DNA of 64,000 nucleotides, taken from Candidatus Saccharimonadales bacterium. GTDB lineage: Bacteria > Patescibacteriota > Saccharimonadia > Saccharimonadales > JANWIN01. The DNA lies in NCBI GenBank assembly GCA_025449905.1, contig JANWIN010000011.1, forward strand, positions 724 to 64,723. The letters are read 5' to 3'. Of the stretch, positions 17,592 to 26,862 are shown one piece after another (positions within the stretch are counted from its first letter, which is position 1; each line of letters begins with the position of its first letter). Below the pieces are notes generated by a model. That model saw nothing but the letters and a program-made list of their open reading frames with translations, did no database searches and was not told where the DNA came from. A program made the position numbers and the translations under genes.

Positions 17592-17641
17592 TTATTTGAC
17601 ATATCTAAGTATTTATGCTAGTGTTAGCTTAGGTTACAAAA

Positions 17642-17992
17642 ATGAAAACACCTCACAACTTAAGTAATCCTTTCCCAGCTGCTCCCCTTGAAGGAGAAAG
17701 TTTAGAAGTTTTAGCCGCATCTCATGAAGTGTTTGAGCAAAGCGTCGTAAATGCCACGCGCTGGATAGACAGGAACTTGGGTGAAAAGGCCCTAGCTTTA
17801 GCACTTGTCTTCTTTAACACACCGGTCGGTCGGCCAATTGGCGAAGTTGCAATGGCTGAAATTAGTGCTACTAGCAAAATGAGCCCGGGTGGAATTGCTG
17901 TAGGCCTACTGACGCTTGGGGGGGCGCATTTATCTCAAAGGGTTAGACGACCCGCTACTCGGGAAGCTCTTCCCGTAGACCTCGTTCAATAA
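17642..17992 (+). CDS. Hypothetical protein
   Basis: 116-aa ORF with no recognisable motif. It overlaps the convergent ORF 17955-18176 by 38 nt. Confidence 0.35.
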   Translation: MKTPHNLSNPFPAAPLEGESLEVLAASHEVFEQSVVNATRWIDRNLGEKALALALVFFNTPVGRPIGEVAMAEISATSKMSPGGIAVGLLTLGGAHLSQRVRRPATREALPVDLVQ

Positions 17993-18176
17993 GCATTCTT
18001 TCAATTCGTTTTTGTTCATTATCATCAATTGCCCCTTCCAACAAACCGATTTCATAGGCAAAAGCTAATTCTCCATAGGTTCTAACACCGAGTTTTTGGA
18101 AAACTAGGTTGCCCAAATTTCTGTCTCGAAAATCCATAATCCAAATAAACTCATTGCTTCTATCTTCGGCTTCCAT
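17955..18176 (-). CDS. Hypothetical protein
   Basis: 73-aa ORF with no recognisable motif. Confidence 0.35.
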   Translation of the reverse strand: MEAEDRSNEFIWIMDFRDRNLGNLVFQKLGVRTYGELAFAYEIGLLEGAIDDNEQKRIERMLIERGLREELPE

Positions 18177-18266
18177 GTATTTTATTTAGCATGGATGATA
18201 AAGAAACAGCAATATATTTAATCAATGCACCTTTTAGTAGTTATTATTATATCACTAACGAGATTT

Positions 18267-19355
18267 TTAGAGCTTGATATAGGTGTGGGTTTTTTCTTTA
18301 TCTTTAAGGTCGTTCAAGTACGTATTGATGCTTTTGAAGTTGAACAATATATGAGCTGCACGAATTTTACTGCCCTGCTTTTCTATATTTTTAAGTAGCT
18401 CCAGCCCTACACCATTGTTAACTAATTCGGATACTTGGCCTTTTTTAAGCGCGAACAAAGCGGCCGTTGTCTGTGCTGATAAATCACGGTTAGTAGTGTC
18501 CACTAAAAAGCTGAATTCACCACCGTTATTCTTGGTTGCTGAATCGTCGGAATATTTTTTAGCAACCTTGGCAAAACTTTTATCCTTAGCTAGGGCTGCC
18601 AGCGCCTTTTTGGCTTGGGATTGAGTGCGTGTATCGAGTGCCGCGGCTACCTTTTGATTTAGCAGCTGCTGCTTTAGTGAACGGCGATAATCTTTAAGCG
18701 TCCAGCCGAAATTCTCTTGCAAGGCATCTTCTAAACCTTTTTCGCTGGCGCCAAGCCGGTTTTGCTTGCGGGCAACTTCTATTTGATCGTCTAGCTCTTG
18801 TTTACTGACCGAAATATTGTGCTCTTCGGCCAATTGTTTGATATAGGCATCGTTGATAACTTTATCAAGGGCTCGTTTTTTATACTCTTTCAGCTGTTGT
18901 TTGCCGGATTCACTGTTAAAGTCCAGTTTTTGCTGATTTTCGTAATAATGTATGTAGTGTCTGAGCTCAAAAAGATAGCTTTCGTAAGAGACATATTTTG
19001 AGCCAGCTTTGGCCACCGGAAATGGGATAACTCTAGTCACCACGTAAAGCAAGCCGGTGTTAGATTTGGCTTTATAGAGAGCAAAGGTGCAATAACTAAA
19101 AAATATAACCAGCGCGGCAATGAAGATTCCGGTCGAAATTAAAACGATGCGATGCTTAGAATGCTGCAGCGGATAGATATATTTTCGGCCGCCAGCCAGA
19201 ACTTCTTCGCGATGCTCGCTTAGCTTTTCAGTAGTAACTGGTTCAGCCGGCTCGGCAACAGGATTTTTAGTCACTTCTTTTTTTCGATGGGCCAATTTAC
19301 TCAGTTTCTTCTTCATTGTCCTCTTCTTCGTTTTCGCCAGCGTTTTTAGACCCAC
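18267..19355 (-). CDS. Membrane-anchored SurA/PrsA-like peptidyl-prolyl isomerase
   Basis: One TM helix, a SurA_N-like region, and a parvulin-like segment FAKVAKKYSDDSATKNNGGEF. An alternative start lies at 19316. Confidence 0.55.
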   Translation of the reverse strand: MGLKTLAKTKKRTMKKKLSKLAHRKKEVTKNPVAEPAEPVTTEKLSEHREEVLAGGRKYIYPLQHSKHRIVLISTGIFIAALVIFFSYCTFALYKAKSNTGLLYVVTRVIPFPVAKAGSKYVSYESYLFELRHYIHYYENQQKLDFNSESGKQQLKEYKKRALDKVINDAYIKQLAEEHNISVSKQELDDQIEVARKQNRLGASEKGLEDALQENFGWTLKDYRRSLKQQLLNQKVAAALDTRTQSQAKKALAALAKDKSFAKVAKKYSDDSATKNNGGEFSFLVDTTNRDLSAQTTAALFALKKGQVSELVNNGVGLELLKNIEKQGSKIRAAHILFNFKSINTYLNDLKDKEKTHTYIKL

Positions 19356-19902
19356 CCATTGGTCGGCTAACCGCTGACACTCCCTGTTCTCTTAAAATTG
19401 TTAATAGTTTCTTTTGTATCTTGGCCGGGTGATGGACATTATGGATTACCAAGTCGCCCACATAGGTTTGCATCATTATTGTACCAAACCCTAGCAGTGT
19501 TGCTTGTATGCCGCCAACTTCATAGTTAACCATTTGGATTTGGTTAAGGCTAAGGTCAACAACACTGCGGGTAAATAAGCCTTTTTGGGTAATCTGAATT
19601 AGCCGCTGGTCTGTGACAATAAACACACTAAAAAACCAGCTTATAAACGACGGCGAGAACACTAAGCAGCCTAGTAAAAAGCCAGCGCCAAGGCCGCCAA
19701 AAAAGTATGTCATTTCAGGCTTGATTAACGCTGGAACCGTGCCGAGCAAAATAGCCAGCATGAAAAAAATTAAGCCTTTTCGCATAACTACTGGGTGTTT
19801 TCGAAAAACAAACAACACCTCTTCGTCATCAAATTGATCGGCGAAATGTTTTTGCTTGTCGGATTTTTTATCTTTTTTGGTTTTTTCTTCTTTTTCGGCC
19901 AT
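19297..19902 (-). CDS. Bacterial PH-domain (YdbT/bPH_2-like) membrane protein
   Basis: DEEVLFVFRKHPVVM followed by two TM helices, with acidic and basic low-complexity termini. Confidence 0.5.
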   Translation of the reverse strand: MAEKEEKTKKDKKSDKQKHFADQFDDEEVLFVFRKHPVVMRKGLIFFMLAILLGTVPALIKPEMTYFFGGLGAGFLLGCLVFSPSFISWFFSVFIVTDQRLIQITQKGLFTRSVVDLSLNQIQMVNYEVGGIQATLLGFGTIMMQTYVGDLVIHNVHHPAKIQKKLLTILREQGVSAVSRPMGGSKNAGENEEEDNEEETE

Positions 19903-19919
19903 AAGCGTATTGTACCAAA

Positions 19920-19994
19920 TGGTGCCCCCGGAGGGAGTCGAACCCCCAGCTTCTCCTTAGGACGGAGCTATTTTATCCATTGAACTACAGGGGC
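19920..19994 (-). tRNA. tRNA-Arg (CCU)
   Basis: Acceptor GCCCCUG/CGGGGGC, anticodon loop GUCCUAA, T-loop UUCGACU, encoded CCA. Confidence 0.85.
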
Positions 19995-20013
19995 ATTTAA
20001 CTTCGACATTGTA

Positions 20014-20523
20014 TCACTTGCGAGCTTTAGCTTGAGTGTAATATTCATGGACGGCTTCATAGTCAAAAATTTCTTGTTCATTAAACCAGTGTTTGATTTC
20101 AGCTTGAGCTTCTTTTGCGTCTCCTGAAGCATGAATAACATTAGGAACACCTATACCCTCTTTGTTAGCATGCTCAAAACCCATGTGGGCGTAGTCTCCT
20201 CTGACCGTTCCCGGTGCGGCTTTTTCCGGTTCTGTGTCACCTACCATTTTGCGCACCAATGAAACAGCTTTGACACCTTCTAGAACCGCCAAAATAACCG
20301 GACCCTCCTGCATCATAGCCAAGGTTGAATCAAAAGCTGGCTGGCCCCGGCGGGAAATCATTTTGCTAATACCCTCATAATGTTCGTGAAACTGTTTGGA
20401 ATCTGGTTTTAGCATTTTAAAGGCCACAATTTTTAGACCAGCCCGTTCAAAACGAGTCAAAATTTCACCTACAACTGCTCTTTTGACTGCATCAGGTTTT
20501 AGAATAATTAAAGTCTGTTCCAC
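20014..20523 (-). CDS. ndk: Nucleoside diphosphate kinase
   Basis: MEQTLIILKPDAV..., catalytic-His region NVIHASG, plus a C-terminal extension. Confidence 0.88.
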   Translation of the reverse strand: MEQTLIILKPDAVKRAVVGEILTRFERAGLKIVAFKMLKPDSKQFHEHYEGISKMISRRGQPAFDSTLAMMQEGPVILAVLEGVKAVSLVRKMVGDTEPEKAAPGTVRGDYAHMGFEHANKEGIGVPNVIHASGDAKEAQAEIKHWFNEQEIFDYEAVHEYYTQAKARK

Positions 20524-20627
20524 AATTTTTCCTTTAACTTAGATTTGCTTATTGATAATTATAACAGATGTAAAATAATAACTAGCGTCGCACAATAATA
20601 ATTATGCTTTACAATTAGAATATGTAC

Positions 20628-20795
20628 AGAATTAATGCATTTGGATGCAAAACAGTATTTCTTTACGAGGAACTCCAGCGAAGCGTACATACGACGTACG
20701 TTGAAGCGAGTACCGCAGTAAAAAATGCTGTTTTGCGCCAAAATCCCGTGGCGCAGCCAGCTCCGCTGGATGGCAGGCGGGAGGTGCATAATTCT
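20628..20795 (+). repeat. Structured repeat family, copy E, immediately upstream of xerC
   Basis: P0 AGAAUUAAUGCA/UGCAUAAUUCU, GGAUGCA box, P1 GCAAAACAG/CUGUUUUGC, CGUAC-AUACGAC-GUACG hairpin, and second domain UCCCGU-GGCGCAG-CCAGC-UCC-GCUGG-AUGGCAG-GCGGGA. Confidence 0.7.
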
Positions 20796-20796
20796 G

Positions 20797-21714
20797 ATGC
20801 TGTTTCAGAAGGCTAAAACTGATTTTTTAGAATATCTAGAAATTGAGCAAAACCGCTCGCAAAAAACAATTTCTAACTACGACCACTATCTGACTCGCCT
20901 GCAGGACTACGCCGGTGATATAAAAGTTAGTGATATCGACGGCGACTTAATTCGCAAGTGGCGGATCTGGCTTAATCGTTTGGGAACAAATACTAGCGAA
21001 GAGTTAGAGAAAACCACTCAAAATTACCACTTGATTGCCCTTAGATCCTTTCTAAAGTTTTGTGCTAAAAACAACATTCCAGCCTTGTCAGCCGACAAAA
21101 TTGATTTAGCCAGAACGCGCCGCAAACAAGTAACATTTTTGAGCCCAGAGGAAGTGGAAAGACTGATAGCCCAACCCAAAACCGATACTCTGCCTGGACT
21201 GCGTGACCGCGCTATTTTAGAGCTGCTATTTTCCAGCGGACTGCGGGTTTCTGAGCTAGTCAATTTAAACAAAGATCATATAAATTTAAAACGGCGCGAA
21301 TTCACCGTCCGGGGTAAAGGTCAAAAAGACCGTCCGGTCTTTATCAGCCCGGCGGCGGCGCACTGGCTAGAGCTTTATTTGGACAAGCGAACAGATACGG
21401 TTAGTCCGCTTTTTGTGCGTTACAGCGGCAGCAAGCAAGTTGACCGCAGCGGTAATTTTCACCGTTTAACAGCCCGTAGTATTCAGCGAATGGTTGGCCG
21501 TCAGGCTAGACTGGCTGGTATTACTAAGCATGTTTCGCCGCATACACTGCGGCACTCTTTTGCCACCGATTTACTGATGAACGGCGCCGATTTGCGCAGC
21601 GTTCAAGCCCTTCTAGGACACAGTAATATTGCTACTACTCAGATTTATACGCATATTACCGACCCGCACCTGCGGGCCGTCCACGAGAAGTTTCATAACT
21701 CTGGCAAAGATTAA
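20797..21714 (+). CDS. XerC/XerD-family tyrosine recombinase
   Basis: SAM-like N domain plus catalytic R...HxxR...Y (HTLRHSFATDLL, LLGHSNIATTQIYTH). The start is moved to ATG 20797, which is preceded by GGGAGGUG; the track start at 20725 lies inside the repeat. Confidence 0.85.
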   Translation: MLFQKAKTDFLEYLEIEQNRSQKTISNYDHYLTRLQDYAGDIKVSDIDGDLIRKWRIWLNRLGTNTSEELEKTTQNYHLIALRSFLKFCAKNNIPALSADKIDLARTRRKQVTFLSPEEVERLIAQPKTDTLPGLRDRAILELLFSSGLRVSELVNLNKDHINLKRREFTVRGKGQKDRPVFISPAAAHWLELYLDKRTDTVSPLFVRYSGSKQVDRSGNFHRLTARSIQRMVGRQARLAGITKHVSPHTLRHSFATDLLMNGADLRSVQALLGHSNIATTQIYTHITDPHLRAVHEKFHNSGKD

Positions 21715-22745
21715 TTAATTTGACAGCTTGCTACCGAGCTATAGGTAGGATCAACGTTAGCAAAGCCTGATCCAACCTGCAACTTTTTACAAATAGTGTC
21801 TCTAGATTGAATCGCAAAAACAGGCGTGTTATCACCCAGGCTTTTACCTATAGAAACCCGGGCGACAACTCTCCTAAGTACATCACCGGCTTTGCCGGTA
21901 GAGTCAATAACAGCTTGAGCACCGGTCAAGCTCACACTATGACCACCGTTATCAGTCGGTGTAACTATTAAATCAATATCTTTATAAATTGCACGGATGC
22001 GCAAGTAATAATTGCTAGCCGTCAGTCCTGAAATGTTAAAGTTGCAGCGCAGCGGCGTATTTCCAGAACTACAGCCCGCCCCTTTTATTACGCCTTTGGC
22101 AGCTGGTGGAAATGTCAAACTCTCCGCTCCAGATACATTCCTGGGCTTTAGAAAGGCTGTTAGGGTGTTAGTGGTCAAATAATCTCTTGTAAAAGAACCA
22201 GCTTGGACCAAATCGACTCGCAACACACCAGCGTCACAGTTTACCCATGCACCGTTTGCTGGAAATTGGCCGATAATCGCCGGACAGCCCGTAAAGCTGG
22301 GGCTGGGTGGAATAGTCGAGTTCTGCCAGCTCAAGGCAATGTTATCTATATTTCCGCTCTCGGCCTTTATTGGTATCAGGGTTTGTTCGTTTTGCTTTAT
22401 AGTATATTGCAAATTATCGGGTGATCTATCTATTAACAAGCAGGTATAAGAAACGCCTGTCGCCTCGTTTATTTTATAATTAATCCCGTCTACAGCATTA
22501 GTGCAGTTGGTTTTATTACCGGTGATTTTGTTAGCTTGCATAGCTTTTATGGCGTCATTAATGCCCGTTTCGGCAGCGTAAAAAGCTTGGGTGCTAAGCT
22601 GATCATCCAACGACTGGCGCTGTTCGCGGCGCACCAGCCGGGCGAAACCTACAACTATAAGACTAATAATAATCATCAAAATCATGGTCACCATAATAGA
22701 AACCACTCCGGCTTGATTTTGGTGTTTATGGTTTTGTCTGCTCAT
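21711..22745 (-). CDS. PilX-like minor pilin / pilus assembly protein
   Basis: N-terminal hydrophobic segment followed by QAFYAAETGINDAI, as in PilX_N. Confidence 0.6.
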   Translation of the reverse strand: MSRQNHKHQNQAGVVSIMVTMILMIIISLIVVGFARLVRREQRQSLDDQLSTQAFYAAETGINDAIKAMQANKITGNKTNCTNAVDGINYKINEATGVSYTCLLIDRSPDNLQYTIKQNEQTLIPIKAESGNIDNIALSWQNSTIPPSPSFTGCPAIIGQFPANGAWVNCDAGVLRVDLVQAGSFTRDYLTTNTLTAFLKPRNVSGAESLTFPPAAKGVIKGAGCSSGNTPLRCNFNISGLTASNYYLRIRAIYKDIDLIVTPTDNGGHSVSLTGAQAVIDSTGKAGDVLRRVVARVSIGKSLGDNTPVFAIQSRDTICKKLQVGSGFANVDPTYSSVASCQIN

Positions 22746-22770
22746 TATGCTTATCTTTTATAATATACCT

Positions 22771-23532
22771 TTAGAGACGCTTTTCAACTACGGTTGACAG
22801 TTCAGATACCGCGCAAAATTGCCCGCCCTGCCTTGTGCTGCTACAACTATCACGCACGCCATCAGTCCCTGGATTACCGTTAGCATCGAGCTTGTCATCC
22901 AAGAGATCACTATCGCCATATACAACTCTAATCGTTACTTGATAAAGATTGCTATCGGCGATTTTTTTTACTACTAATTTTGCCAGTCGCATATGGGTTT
23001 CAAGCAATTCCCGTCCTGCGGGGTGGCCTGACTCGCCCGGATTAGCCGTATCAAAACCACTTATTTTAGGTGAACTACCGTTGCAACCAGCGTAAGAGTC
23101 AACTACTAGAGCATGATAGCCTTGATTAAGTGGCGTGTTAATGCTATTTTCCACCTGTTGGTTCAACTTATAACTGTATCTTTGGTCACCAATGCAAAAT
23201 GGCTTAGAGTCATTAGTGGTTTCGGTAATTCCAGAGCCGCTAAATTGAATGGCGCGCGATATTTCATCCGTCACGTTGCGGCTTGTTTGCTGAGTTTTAT
23301 TAGTAGTAATGCCTTTGTAATAAGTCCGACCAATCTGTAATAGCGCAAAAGTCGCCATTAGTAAGATTATTGAAAACACAGCTGTAGCAATAATTAATTC
23401 AATAATCGTAAACCCCGCCTTTTGGTTTCCAAGGGGCGGGGTAAAGCCCGCCATAACTTTTTGAGAGTTTGCCCGAGTTAACATACTGTTCTTTGAACCA
23501 CTCATTGGATTTTTTCTGTGTATCAGGTTCAT
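22771..23532 (-). CDS. Prepilin-type minor pilin (PilW-like)
   Basis: KAG/FTIIELIIATAVFSIILL class III signal. The likely true start is M27 at 23454. Confidence 0.7.
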   Translation of the reverse strand: MNLIHRKNPMSGSKNSMLTRANSQKVMAGFTPPLGNQKAGFTIIELIIATAVFSIILLMATFALLQIGRTYYKGITTNKTQQTSRNVTDEISRAIQFSGSGITETTNDSKPFCIGDQRYSYKLNQQVENSINTPLNQGYHALVVDSYAGCNGSSPKISGFDTANPGESGHPAGRELLETHMRLAKLVVKKIADSNLYQVTIRVVYGDSDLLDDKLDANGNPGTDGVRDSCSSTRQGGQFCAVSELSTVVEKRL

Positions 23533-23644
23533 ATCAACGTAGTATCCTAGTTATGTTTAAGGTAATAGTTATTAACTTTATACTGGTGTTTGATAGTGCT
23601 GAATTAATGAACATAAGCTCGCATATATCTTAATTTGTTGCAAT

Positions 23645-24514
23645 CTAGGGGTAATAATAATTGCATTGAAGCAATATATTCCCATCAGGCCCTCTTAAAT
23701 ACCAGAAAACATAAATTTGATAGGTGGGCATAATACCAGAGCCTAGAGTTTTATAAATAGAACTTCCATTGTCTGAATAATTTATGTCGAAGCCGTAGGG
23801 AAAATAATTAGTGGATATCGCTTCCATTTTATAATCTGGGCGAGTTGGTGCAGGACCGCTAGGATTATAGTTTATTCGTACAGTTTCCGTATAGCTTTGG
23901 CCTGGAGAAGGATGAGAAGGATTAATTACATTATTATAGTCGCAGGAAAGTCCATATGGTGTTGCTGAAGGTGGTGTAGATGGCGGCGTTGAAGGAGGAG
24001 TGGAAGGTGCAGAAGGAATAGTAAGCAGGCCTTTTGATAATCTGTAAATCAATTGAGTCTCCAGATGCCCGCCACCACCACCGCGCTCCCACCTAACGTA
24101 AACAGTAAACTGGGTATGGTCATCGTTGTCGCGTACGACTGCGACTTTATACAGCTTACTTAGGCCCTTGTCCTTGCAGTCTGGAGTATACTTGCTGAAA
24201 TCATCGGCGGCAGAGTTTAAAACCGGCATTGGCAAAGTAGATGGTGTAAAGGCGTCCTTAACATCGTTAGAGTCATCAACGCAAAAAACCGTGGCCTTAT
24301 TAAAAATAGCATCTGGATCGCTGGCAGCTAGGCTTTTGAGATTTTCGAGCTGGCTTTCAGCTTGTTTTAGAGCCTCGCCGCGTTCTTGTGATTGGCGGCT
24401 AAAGCTAAGGCTGCGGTTGGCTGATAAATAAGCCCCACCCAAAATAGTGCTAATGACCAGTATGGCTATCAACACTTCAACAATGGTGTCGCCTTTTATA
24501 TTTAACCGCTTCAT
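23645..24514 (-). CDS. Modular minor pilin: pilin domain, PSTPP linker, extra C-terminal domain
   Basis: N-terminal KGDTIVEVLIAILVIS prepilin-like helix, GGGG and PSTPPSTPPSTPPS linker, then a roughly 100-aa Tyr/Asn-rich C-terminal module. Confidence 0.65.
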   Translation of the reverse strand: MKRLNIKGDTIVEVLIAILVISTILGGAYLSANRSLSFSRQSQERGEALKQAESQLENLKSLAASDPDAIFNKATVFCVDDSNDVKDAFTPSTLPMPVLNSAADDFSKYTPDCKDKGLSKLYKVAVVRDNDDHTQFTVYVRWERGGGGGHLETQLIYRLSKGLLTIPSAPSTPPSTPPSTPPSATPYGLSCDYNNVINPSHPSPGQSYTETVRINYNPSGPAPTRPDYKMEAISTNYFPYGFDINYSDNGSSIYKTLGSGIMPTYQIYVFWYLRGPDGNILLQCNYYYP

Positions 24515-25374
24515 GGTAAATCCTTACATTTCCCTGATCCAATTGATGAACTGGTGCTTAGTTGTCGGCCATTATTGCCAATTGTAATGGTGCCGTGTTG
24601 GTTAGTGCCGCCGCTATCAAAACAAATGGTGACGCCGCCGCTGGGATTTATTGGGCTGCTGTTATTGATGAGATTAATTTTATCCACCGCCTGCTTTGAG
24701 GTGTTATTTAAAAGTGTGCCGCTAACAGGTATTAAGGTGGCCGTCGGTGTGCCAGTAGCTAAGTTACTGCTACTGTCATAGCTGCCAAACGTCGAGAAAA
24801 AGCCGACTGAACCGATTGATTGATCTCCACTGCTGTTATATTTCATATATTTAATGTTAGTGGTCGGGTCGTTGCTGATATTTAGACCATATAGCAGAGT
24901 TTTTTGGTCGGTATTATCAGCTGTAGCGGCATCAGCAGAAGACGGGGCTACAGCCGTTGGCATAGCTTCGTTTAGGTTTTGTACTTCCTTGCCACCTACA
25001 GTTTTTCGCCGCCCTACAACTGTATATATATTAAAACCTTCTCCGTTTGTTCCAAGCCCAAATTGCATAACCTTACCAATAAAAATACATTCTTCGCTAC
25101 TGCCTTGTTCCTTACTGCCAGTGACAGGTTTTGGTTTGCCACCGGCACCAATTTGGCAATCTATATTATTCGAGCTGGGGTAAAACCCAGTTGATACGTC
25201 GTTAATGACGTCACTTATTTGCGATTCAATGTCGCGGATGGCTTGGCTAAATTGGGTCTTCTGCTGCTGTCCTGAAATTAATAAAACAGCGCTGACAAAT
25301 AAGGCGCTAGTTACTACTAGCACGATTAAGACTTCAACAATTGAAAAGGCCTTCTGGTTCAGCCTCTGTTTCAT
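24511..25374 (-). CDS. Prepilin-type minor pilin (FimT/GspH-like)
   Basis: QKAFSIVEVLIVLVVTSALF N-terminal methylation motif. Confidence 0.65.
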   Translation of the reverse strand: MKQRLNQKAFSIVEVLIVLVVTSALFVSAVLLISGQQQKTQFSQAIRDIESQISDVINDVSTGFYPSSNNIDCQIGAGGKPKPVTGSKEQGSSEECIFIGKVMQFGLGTNGEGFNIYTVVGRRKTVGGKEVQNLNEAMPTAVAPSSADAATADNTDQKTLLYGLNISNDPTTNIKYMKYNSSGDQSIGSVGFFSTFGSYDSSSNLATGTPTATLIPVSGTLLNNTSKQAVDKINLINNSSPINPSGGVTICFDSGGTNQHGTITIGNNGRQLSTSSSIGSGKCKDLP

Positions 25375-25418
25375 AGGCCTAAGTATAGCATAAGCAATTA
25401 GCGATTATCAGGGATAAA

Positions 25419-26237
25419 TCACAGTAATAATAGGCTTCTGTACCAGTCAATTATGGAAGCTCCAAATAGCGTAACTATAAAAGCAGCGGCTATTAAAAAT
25501 GGTCCAAATGGCAAGTGAGTATCGCGCTTTGCCCGACCGCTTAAAAGTAGCGGCAGCGCAATTAGACTACCAATTAAAGAAGCTAGGAATATTAATAATA
25601 AGCTGGAGGCCGGACCGCCAACGAGCATGCCAAGTAAAATACCTAGGCTAACATCACCGCCGCCAATCCATTTATGTTTTGACAGTTTATAAATCAGATA
25701 AAAAATCCCGCCGCCAATTAATAATCCCCAAAGGGTAGTAATAAAAATTTGACCAGGATTTGTTGAGATAACCATTAAAAATACTGTCTGGATTAAGGCT
25801 AGTGCAATTAATGGGTAAACAATGGAATTAGGCAGTAAAAACCATTTTAAGTCGTAAACAGCCAAGGCCAGTAGGCCGGTTGTTAGTAAAAGCCAAAAGC
25901 CAAATAAGATTTGCTGATTTGAATTAAAGTCAACTGGCCAAAAAACATAGGAAAAAATAAAAACGGTGGCCGTCAGAACTTCTACCAAGGGATATTGAAC
26001 AGATATGGGTTTATGACAATAGCGACATTTGCCTTTTAAGCTCAACCACGAAAAAACCGGCACAAGATCTCTCGCCGCTAACTGACGATGGCATTTAGGA
26101 CATATGGAACGACCATTCCAAATTGAAAGATTGTTGGTTTTTTTAGTCTTTGTGTCTTCTTCGTGGAGCCGCCAGACCAAAGCATTAATAAAACTGCCCA
26201 GGCATAAACCCAGAATCAGTAAAATAATATAAATCAT
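25419..26237 (-). CDS. pilD: Prepilin peptidase (A24 family)
   Basis: Multi-TM, with the CPKCHRQL...CRYCHKPIS zinc cluster and GGGDV aspartyl motif. Confidence 0.88.
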   Translation of the reverse strand: MIYIILLILGLCLGSFINALVWRLHEEDTKTKKTNNLSIWNGRSICPKCHRQLAARDLVPVFSWLSLKGKCRYCHKPISVQYPLVEVLTATVFIFSYVFWPVDFNSNQQILFGFWLLLTTGLLALAVYDLKWFLLPNSIVYPLIALALIQTVFLMVISTNPGQIFITTLWGLLIGGGIFYLIYKLSKHKWIGGGDVSLGILLGMLVGGPASSLLLIFLASLIGSLIALPLLLSGRAKRDTHLPFGPFLIAAAFIVTLFGASIIDWYRSLLLL

Positions 26238-26255
26238 TAAGCTTATCCTAACATG

Positions 26256-26285
26256 AAAGCAGGCCTTTTTAGGGGCCTGCTTTTT
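26256..26285 (-). terminator. Hairpin between pilA and pilD (partial or bidirectional terminator)
   Basis: GCAGGCC/GGCCUGC stem. The U-run is stronger on the plus strand, with only UUU on the minus strand. Confidence 0.45.
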
Positions 26286-26306
26286 AAGCTATTAAAGTGA
26301 TGTTCT

Positions 26307-26786
26307 TTAGCTTTGAATACACTGCGGAGTTGTAGTGCTGCTGGAATTCTCAATATTGAATGCAGCTACAAACGCCCGTCCTGGGCCGCTTGCCGGTGAG
26401 TTACCGCTACAGACACTATTTGTGCGAATGGCAATATCTACTGGCGTTGGTGTAGTGGCGCCGTTGAAGCTACTAGAAAAGCCTACTGTGGTACCACCGC
26501 GAATATTTGCAGTCGTTGAGCTTGTACTGGCGCCGCCAGATACTGTAACCGTACCTGACGCAGCAGAAATTGCTGTTGGTGGCTGGCCATTATTATTACT
26601 AATGAACTCATTAACAGCCGCCAAGACATTGGCCGCATCATTGCGAATTTGAGTATTACGCGAATTACGTTGAAGAGCCGGTACTGCCAAGAAAATTATT
26701 AACATAATTAGCCCGGCAATGGCAAGAACAATCAAGACTTCAATTATAGTAAAGCCTTCTCTGTTGCCTTTTAATTTTTTAAACAT
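26307..26786 (-). CDS. pilA: Major type IV pilin
   Basis: MFKKLKGNREG/FTIIEVLIVLAIAGLI class III signal peptide. 159 aa, Ser/Thr-rich globular part with a C-terminal Cys pair. Confidence 0.85.
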   Translation of the reverse strand: MFKKLKGNREGFTIIEVLIVLAIAGLIMLIIFLAVPALQRNSRNTQIRNDAANVLAAVNEFISNNNGQPPTAISAASGTVTVSGGASTSSTTANIRGGTTVGFSSSFNGATTPTPVDIAIRTNSVCSGNSPASGPGRAFVAAFNIENSSSTTTPQCIQS

Positions 26787-26827
26787 ATTGTGGTGCCCCT
26801 TTGATTATTTTTAGTGCTTATGCCTAA

Positions 26828-26856
26828 AATATACTAATTTATTGCCCTAATTGCAA
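26828..26856 (-). promoter_or_regulatory. Candidate pilA promoter
   Basis: Minus strand: TTGCAA, 17-nt spacer, TATATT. An AAAGGGG Shine-Dalgarno sequence lies before the ATG. Confidence 0.45.
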
Positions 26857-26862
26857 ATGTTT

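Noticed and set aside
17476-17667. Track ORF across 17476-17667.
   Set aside because: It is read through the tRNA-Thr and tRNA-Gly genes.
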